Of a DNA stretch of 64,000 nucleotides, positions 58,737-64,000 are shown piece by piece. Under the pieces are notes generated by a model. That model saw nothing but the letters and a program-made list of their open reading frames with translations. It did not search any database and was not told the DNA's origin. How positions within the stretch are numbered: the first letter of the stretch is position 1; every line of letters begins with the position of its first letter. The position numbers and the translations under genes are program-made. Source of the stretch: Bacillales bacterium (GTDB taxonomy: Bacteria; Bacillota; Bacilli; Bacillales; DASSOY01); NCBI GenBank assembly GCA_035700025.1, contig DASSOY010000028.1, forward strand, positions 3,606 through 67,605, in the 5' to 3' direction.

Positions 58737-60032
58737 TCAACCGGTTCCGCCTAAATAGTGAGGCAGGAACGTGGCAATTTGCGGAAACAAAAGCACGAGT
58801 ACGATAACGGCAATGACCGGAAACAAAAACGGAAGTACGGCGCGCACGAGCCGGTCGAATTTAATGTCGGAAATTCTCGTGATCGCAAACAAAACCATGC
58901 CGAACGGCGGTGTCAGTTCACCGACCATGAGCGTCAAAATCATGATGATCCCGAAATGCAGCGGATCCCCTCCGGCAGCGACGACGACTGGAACGAGAAC
59001 AGGTGTTGCAATGTTAATGGAAACGATTGAAGACATGAAACAGCCGAGAAACAGCAGGAAGAGAATGATCATAATCATGATGGCCCAGTAATCATCGGAA
59101 ATTGTCAGCATGATGTTGGATACGACGACGGGGATTTTTTCCCGGGTCAAAATCCAGGAAAATACGTTGGCAATCGCCAAAATGATCATGATCATGCTGC
59201 TGTCTTTCATCGTTTTGTTGAAGATGTCGTAAAGTTTCCGCCAAGAAATCGACCGATACACGAAAACGCCAAGAATCAAGGCGTAAAAGGCGGCTACCGC
59301 GCCGGCTTCCGTCGCCGTGAAGGCGCCGCTGATGATGCCCCCGATCAAAATGACAGGTGTCATTAACGGGAGAAACGCATGTTTGAAAGCAAACATAATT
59401 TGTTTGAATGTGGCTCGTTTTTCCGACGGATAATTTCTTTTGCGAACGACATATGCGATATAAAGCATTAACGAGACGGCCATCAACAAGCCCGGAATGA
59501 TGCCTGCGATTAACAGCGCATTGACAGAGACACCACCTAAAATCGCATAAAGGATGATCGGAACGCTCGGAGGAATGATCGGTCCAATTAAAGATGAAGC
59601 CGCAGTTACGCTGCAAGAGAAATCGAGATCGTATTTTGCATCGCGCATCGCTTTAATTTCGATTTGGCCGAGACCGGCGGCGTCGGCGGTTGCCGAACCG
59701 GACATCCCGGCAAAAATTACGCTGGCGAGTACGTTCACGTGAGCCAACCCGCCTTTGAAATGCCCGACGAGCGCTTTCGCAAACATAAACAGCTTTTCCG
59801 TCGTTCCCGATTCGTTCATCAAGCGGCCGACAAGCAAGAACAATGGGACGGCGAGCAACGCGAAACTGTTTAAGCCGAAGACGGTTTTTTGGGCAATCAT
59901 TTCAAACGGGATGTCGAAAATTCCGCGATCGACAATAAAGTATACAATCGTGCTGAGCCCCATCGAAAATACCGCGGGGATACCGAGTACGAGAAAGATA
60001 ACGAGCGAACACAATAAAATGATTAAGGTCAT
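58737..60032 (-). CDS. TRAP transporter large permease (DctM family)
   Basis: 431 aa, about 12 TM, typical DctM length. 4-nt overlap with the upstream small subunit. Confidence 0.9.
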   Translation of the reverse strand: MTLIILLCSLVIFLVLGIPAVFSMGLSTIVYFIVDRGIFDIPFEMIAQKTVFGLNSFALLAVPLFLLVGRLMNESGTTEKLFMFAKALVGHFKGGLAHVNVLASVIFAGMSGSATADAAGLGQIEIKAMRDAKYDLDFSCSVTAASSLIGPIIPPSVPIILYAILGGVSVNALLIAGIIPGLLMAVSLMLYIAYVVRKRNYPSEKRATFKQIMFAFKHAFLPLMTPVILIGGIISGAFTATEAGAVAAFYALILGVFVYRSISWRKLYDIFNKTMKDSSMIMIILAIANVFSWILTREKIPVVVSNIMLTISDDYWAIMIMIILFLLFLGCFMSSIVSINIATPVLVPVVVAAGGDPLHFGIIMILTLMVGELTPPFGMVLFAITRISDIKFDRLVRAVLPFLFPVIAVIVLVLLFPQIATFLPHYLGGTG

Positions 60033-60523
60033 GGCCGCGCCTCCTTATCGCCGAGTTGAAGCGCGCTGGTCACAAGCTGCTTCAGGAAAAACAGCGTCAT
60101 AAACGCCGATCCGAGCGCCGCACCGAGATAGAGTATGCCTTGCGGGAGAGGAATCATCGTCAGTCGAATTCCCCAGCTCGAATGCGTCATAATCACGCTT
60201 CCGATCAACAAGGCGACCATGGATAAAGAGGAAAAGAATGTAATGATTAAATAAAGGATCATTTTCGTTTTCGGGTGAACGTTCTCGATCCAACGGTCGA
60301 TCAGATCGACGCGCAAATGTTCGTTCGCGTGTACCCCGAGTGCCGCACCGATCAGCACCGACCACATGTTCAAATAGCGCGAAGCTTCTTCAGTCCACGT
60401 CAAGGGCAAGGAAAGCACATACCGGAAAAACACTTGCAAAAGAATACAAATGAAAAAGGCGATGAACAACAACGTTGAAAAATGGTCCAACAGTTTATCC
60501 AATCTGCGCCAAAACAGCTGCAT
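60029..60523 (-). CDS. TRAP transporter small permease (DctQ family)
   Basis: 164 aa, 4 TM, directly upstream of and overlapping the large permease. Confidence 0.8.
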   Translation of the reverse strand: MQLFWRRLDKLLDHFSTLLFIAFFICILLQVFFRYVLSLPLTWTEEASRYLNMWSVLIGAALGVHANEHLRVDLIDRWIENVHPKTKMILYLIITFFSSLSMVALLIGSVIMTHSSWGIRLTMIPLPQGILYLGAALGSAFMTLFFLKQLVTSALQLGDKEARP

Positions 60524-60593
60524 ATCCGATCACAACCTTTGCTAAGGGGGAAAAAAGGAGAAGTGCCTCCTCCTTTTTCCCTATTTTCTGAAA

Positions 60594-61650
60594 TTATTTG
60601 TTGTTGATGGCTTTCATTGCTGCTTCATATACTCCCGGGGCGAGATCGCGTTCAATGATTTTCTTGTTGATTTCTTTTGCTTTTTCCATGAACGCTTCAC
60701 GATCGGGATAAATCACTTCCATGCCGTGATCTTTACATTCTTGGACAAACTGTTTGTTCAAGTCCTCGATTTGCGGCTGAATGTAAGCAATCGTTTCGTC
60801 CACGGCATCTTGAATGAGTTTTTGTTCGGCCGGGTTGAACGAATCCCACGTTTTCGCGCTGATCAACCACGTTTGGAACAGTTCGATATGTTTCGTCGCG
60901 ATTAAATATTTTTGGTAGTCCCACATTTTGCGTCCGGCGATGTTCGTCAAGAAATTTTCTTGCGCATCTACGGTTCCTGTCTTTAACGCGGTTACGATTT
61001 CAGGTGCCGCAATCGGTGTAGGCAGCGCTCCGAGTTCTTTCCAGATGTCGACCCACCATTGAATGTTCGGCATCCGAATTTTTAATCCGCTCATTTCCTC
61101 AGGAGTTTTGAATGGTTTGTTGCTTGTTGTCCATCTTGGACCGTAGCCGTGGAAGCCGAGCGGGGATGCCGCCTTTTTCGCGATCGAGCTTTTTAATTTT
61201 TTCGCCGATCGGCCCATTCATGAACCGTTTCACGCTTTCGTAATCCGGGAACAAGTACGGGAGCATCGCGATGTTGTATTCCTTATAGTATAAATCCGCT
61301 TGGACCACGTTGTAGCCCATGTCGAGTTCGCCGAGTTTCATTTGTTCGAGCGCTTCTTTTTCGCTGCCGAGTTGTCCGCCCATGAAGAAATTGATTCTCA
61401 TTTTCCCGCCGCTCTTTTGCTCGACGAGTTCGGCGAATTTCTCTTTGATTCTTTTATCAATTCCGGAATCTTCCATCGTTGTCGCAAAAGTTAACGTTCG
61501 ATCACGAATTTCATTGTCCGATTGGGCTGAAGATCCGTTCCCCGAGTCCCCCGAACCGTTTGATCCGGACGAGGAAGTCCCTCCGCCGCAACCGGCAAGC
61601 GCAAGCATTGTGATGAGTGCCAAACATAGAACCGTCCATAATTTCTTCAC
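60594..61650 (-). pseudogene. TRAP substrate-binding lipoprotein (DctP family) interrupted by a +1 frameshift
   Basis: N-terminal ORF (start GTG 61650: M-KKLWTVLCLALITMLALAGCGG lipobox) and C-terminal ORF 60594..61217 are consecutive parts of one DctP-type protein. The frames join at the GGGG run at 61162-61165 (minus-strand CCCC). Removing one C gives ...KLDREKGGIPLGFHGYGPRW... Confidence 0.8.
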
Positions 61651-61671
61651 TTTCCAAAACCTCCCCATTTT

Positions 61672-62334
61672 TCAATTGGATTGCAAGCTTGTTTTCATCG
61701 TTTCCAGGTCGTTGTGCAAATGCTCCAACATCATCGTTTCCGCTTTCTTTTCATCTCTTTCGGCAATCGCCTCCACAATGTGTTTATGATCAGGTAAAAA
61801 CGTTTGTAATCGGTCGTAACGGCTGAGCACGAAACGGTACATGTAAATGCGCCCTTTCAAAGGAGTGAGCAATTTAAGCAAATGCGAGTTGTGGCTGGAT
61901 TGGACGATGTGTTCGTGAAACGTCTGGTTCAGCTGTAAGACCTGTTCGTTATCTCCCTTGGCTAAGGCTTGTTCAGTTGTTTCGTAGATGGTTTTGAGCT
62001 GTTCAATTTCTTCGTTCGACGCTTGAAGGGCCATGCTTTTCGCCGCAAGTGCTTCCAGGACTGCGCGGCATTGGGACATTTCTTCAAAATCTTGCAGAGA
62101 AGCGGAAAAGACGACATAGCCGTTCTCCGATTCTTCCACCCATCCTTCAGCTTCAAGCGTTCGAAGTGCTTCGCGCACGGGCGTCCGGCTGATGCCGAGC
62201 TGTTCGGAAAGCAAACTTTCGCTTAATCGTGCGCCCATTCGGATTTCGCCGCCCACCATTTGTTCAATGAGCACATCGGTCACTTGTTTGAACAAAGGAA
62301 CCGATTTTTCAAGCCGGGAAAAGGATGCCATCAA
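61672..62334 (-). CDS. GntR-family (FadR/FCD subfamily) transcriptional regulator
   Basis: N-terminal wHTH ...LSESLLSEQLGISRTPVREALRTLEAEGWV... and a helical FCD-type C-terminus. First gene of the TRAP/lyase block. Confidence 0.88.
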   Translation of the reverse strand: MMASFSRLEKSVPLFKQVTDVLIEQMVGGEIRMGARLSESLLSEQLGISRTPVREALRTLEAEGWVEESENGYVVFSASLQDFEEMSQCRAVLEALAAKSMALQASNEEIEQLKTIYETTEQALAKGDNEQVLQLNQTFHEHIVQSSHNSHLLKLLTPLKGRIYMYRFVLSRYDRLQTFLPDHKHIVEAIAERDEKKAETMMLEHLHNDLETMKTSLQSN

Positions 62335-62371
62335 TGTACGCTCCTTTCGGATTATATTCGATAACTCTCAG

Positions 62372-62389
62372 TATACTGTATACAGTATA
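62372..62389. promoter_or_regulatory. Perfect 18-bp palindrome: candidate GntR operator overlapping the promoter
   Basis: TATACTGTA|TACAGTATA, 38 nt upstream of the regulator start. Contains the GT-N-AC core typical of GntR-family operators. A TATAAT lies just downstream on the minus strand (62360-62355). Confidence 0.55.
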
Positions 62390-62423
62390 AACACAAAATT
62401 CAAAAAAGTAAATAATATTTTTT

Positions 62424-62453
62424 GCACAAAAATAGCATCCTCGTTTGGATGCT
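62424..62453 (-). terminator. Terminator of the deoxynucleoside kinase gene
   Basis: Minus strand: AGCATCC-AAACGA-GGATGCT followed by ATTTTTGTGC. Confidence 0.7.
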
Positions 62454-62476
62454 GTACGGATGCTGAATGTTCGCTC

Positions 62477-63106
62477 TTACCAGTTGTTTAAGATCGTGTG
62501 CAACTGCTTGAGAACGGCTGCCAGATCGGATTGATTTTTTACAAAATCGCATTTATCGCCGTCGATGCGAAGTACCGGGATGTCCTGATTTGCCGCTTGA
62601 AATCGCTCCATGAACGTTTCATAGTCTGCGCGCAGTTGTTTCAAATAATCGGTAGAAAGATGTGTTTCCGCCTTTCGGCCACGCATCGCGATTCTGTTCA
62701 GCAAGGTTTCAAGGCTCGCGGTCAAATAAATGACGACGTTCGGTTTCGGCAAATCATCGGTCAATAGATGATAGATTTGCATGTATTTATCGTAATGTTC
62801 GCGCGTCAACGTGCGTGAAGCAAAAATCTCGTTTTTAAAAATATGATAGTCAGCGGTAACGGCTTGATTGCGTGCCAAATAGTCGCGCTGTACATCTTCA
62901 AGCTGCTTAAACCGGTTGCAAAGAAAGAACATTTCCGTTTGGAAGCTCCATTCTTCCACGTTTTGATAAAACTTCCCGAGAAAAGGATTTTCTTCGGCGA
63001 TTTCTTCCACTACGGGAAAACCGAAATGGTGACCGACGGCCCGTGCCAACGTCGTTTTTCCGACGCCGATCGGCCCTTCGACGGCAATGAAAGCAGGCGG
63101 TTTCAC
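62477..63106 (-). CDS. Deoxynucleoside kinase (Dck/Dgk family)
   Basis: Start at GTG 63106 (M-KPPAFIAVEGPIGVGKTTLA P-loop) after AGGAG. ERS/DRY-like region and typical ~209-aa length. Confidence 0.88.
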   Translation of the reverse strand: MKPPAFIAVEGPIGVGKTTLARAVGHHFGFPVVEEIAEENPFLGKFYQNVEEWSFQTEMFFLCNRFKQLEDVQRDYLARNQAVTADYHIFKNEIFASRTLTREHYDKYMQIYHLLTDDLPKPNVVIYLTASLETLLNRIAMRGRKAETHLSTDYLKQLRADYETFMERFQAANQDIPVLRIDGDKCDFVKNQSDLAAVLKQLHTILNNW

Positions 63107-63134
63107 GGCGAATCTCCTCTCGTCCGATGAGTAA

Positions 63135-63163
63135 TTGTAGTATAGCATGCAATTTGGTATAAT
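63135..63163 (+). promoter_or_regulatory. Probable sigma-A promoter of tRNA-Arg
   Basis: TTGTAG (63135-63140), 17 nt, TATAAT (63158-63163), 13 nt before the tRNA 5' end. Confidence 0.5.
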
Positions 63164-63176
63164 GCGTGGGGAGCCT

Positions 63177-63250
63177 GTCCCAGTAGCTCAGCTGGATAGA
63201 GCAATCGCCTCCTAAGCGATAGGTCAGAGGTTCAAATCCTCTCTGGGACG
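63177..63250 (+). tRNA. tRNA-Arg (anticodon CCU)
   Basis: Hand-folded cloverleaf: acceptor GTCCCAG/CTGGGAC, D arm GCTC-AGCTGGATA-GAGC, anticodon arm ATCGC-CTCCTAA-GCGAT (CCT), variable AGGTC, T arm AGAGG-TTCAAAT-CCTCT, discriminator G. CCA is not encoded. Confidence 0.93.
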
Positions 63251-63256
63251 TCAACG

Positions 63257-63285
63257 GAGCCTTGTGCAATCAAGGTTCTTTTTTT
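63257..63285 (+). terminator. Terminator after tRNA-Arg
   Basis: GAGCCTTG-TGCAAT-CAAGGTTC followed by T7. Confidence 0.7.
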
Positions 63286-63501
63286 GTTTCGATTCGGCGG
63301 GCATCAAACCGGATGGCTGCATGTGCGAGTGCGGCACCGACCGTGGTCGGCTTCAATTTTTTCGCGGTTTGATGTAAAATGAAGGTGGAAGGTTACGAGT
63401 CAAATCCTTGTCCCCTCTATCTCGTCTATTGATGTTGGCGAACTTGTATAATCCGTCACGTGTTTGGACATCATAGAGATAGAATCAAGGAGGGAATTTG
63501 G

Positions 63502-63891
63502 ATGAACGAGAAGGTGCATCGTCTCATTGTCAAGGCCGTAATGACAAGGATGCCGGACAGCCGCGAACAGGTAGAGGACTTCTTCATCGGATTTGACGGA
63601 TGTGATCGACCTTATTTACTGTTGCCGACCCCTTCCGAATTAGGAGAAGACATGATCTTTACGATTCGTTTGATCGGGGACCGGACCAACAAATACCGTT
63701 TCAGACCAGATACGAATTTTACTAGAATTCCATTTCGAAGACTCCGCTATTTCTTTGATGATAAAACGTTTTTCTTCGGTCCCGAAGAAAACATGCTTGA
63801 ACGCTTGTTAGAGGGCGAAATTTACGAGACGTACAGAGAGTGGATTCATAATTTGTGCGACCCGCGAAAAAAGAGAAAACAAATTTCGTAA
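63502..63891 (+). CDS. Hypothetical 129-aa protein
   Basis: ATG 63502 lies 7 nt after AAGGAGGG and is followed by a strong terminator. No family recognised (MNEKVHRLIVKAVMTRMPDSREQVEDFFIGFDG...). Confidence 0.55.
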   Translation: MNEKVHRLIVKAVMTRMPDSREQVEDFFIGFDGCDRPYLLLPTPSELGEDMIFTIRLIGDRTNKYRFRPDTNFTRIPFRRLRYFFDDKTFFFGPEENMLERLLEGEIYETYREWIHNLCDPRKKRKQIS

Positions 63892-63894
63892 CGA

Positions 63895-63924
63895 GTTGTC
63901 GGAATACCGGCAACTTTTTTTTTT
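63895..63924 (+). terminator. Terminator of the hypothetical gene
   Basis: GTTGTCGG-AATA-CCGGCAAC followed by T10. Confidence 0.75.
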
Positions 63925-64000
63925 GGGAAACGGACAAAAAATGCATCCCGTTTGAGAATGATTTTAAATAGAAAGGGGGTGAAATCGAGAGGTGACAAAA

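Noticed and set aside
63290-63380. Hairpin CCGACC-GTG-GGTCGG followed by CTTCAATTTTTT after tRNA-Arg, as a small RNA or second terminator
   Set aside because: It is a short stem with a displaced T-run, and there is no promoter or conserved motif. The evidence is insufficient for a feature call.

Overview
This window is the chromosomal replication-origin region of a Bacillaceae-type Firmicute. Gene content and order closely follow Bacillus subtilis 168 around oriC.

Left arm (almost all on the minus strand, co-oriented with the leftward fork): a partial RCC1-like repeat protein, msrA, rlmH, an htrC-like protease and walJ-walI-walH-walK-walR. Next comes an inserted accessory block: a five-gene membrane/ABC operon plus an AT-rich patch of decayed genes. 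Then purA, the replicative helicase dnaB, rplI, gdpP, yybS, rpsR-ssb-rpsF, ychF, a DUF951 protein, an MscS-type channel, a YkvI-like membrane protein, yyaC (+) and a DUF554 protein. The arm ends with parB(spo0J)-soj, noc, rsmG, mnmG, mnmE, jag, yidC(spoIIIJ), yidD, rnpA and rpmH.

Centre: a bipartite oriC. One DnaA-box cluster lies upstream of dnaA. A second lies between dnaA and dnaN, with DnaA-trio-like CTA repeats and an AT-rich unwinding stretch.

Right arm (+): dnaA, dnaN, yaaA, recF, remB, gyrB, gyrA, a degenerate HD-GYP protein coupled to gyrA, yaaC (-), guaB, dacA and pdxS-pdxT. These are followed by a Ser T-box leader with serS, an ANT-like nucleotidyltransferase coupled to serS, a membrane-cytochrome/Moco oxidoreductase fusion and a HAD hydrolase. 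Then comes a minus-strand (head-on) block: GntR regulator, TRAP transporter with a frameshifted dctP, HMG-CoA-lyase-family enzyme and family III CoA-transferase. The window ends with a deoxynucleoside kinase, tRNA-Arg(CCU) and a small hypothetical gene.

I saw no rRNA operon, CRISPR array, transposase or integrase.

The best candidate for an uncharacterised system is the translationally coupled operon at 9214-12682: three polytopic membrane proteins, one ABC ATPase and one anchored exoprotein. It sits beside a decaying AT-rich islet at 12.7-14.45 kb. All calls rest on reading the sequence and the supplied translations; no database search was possible.
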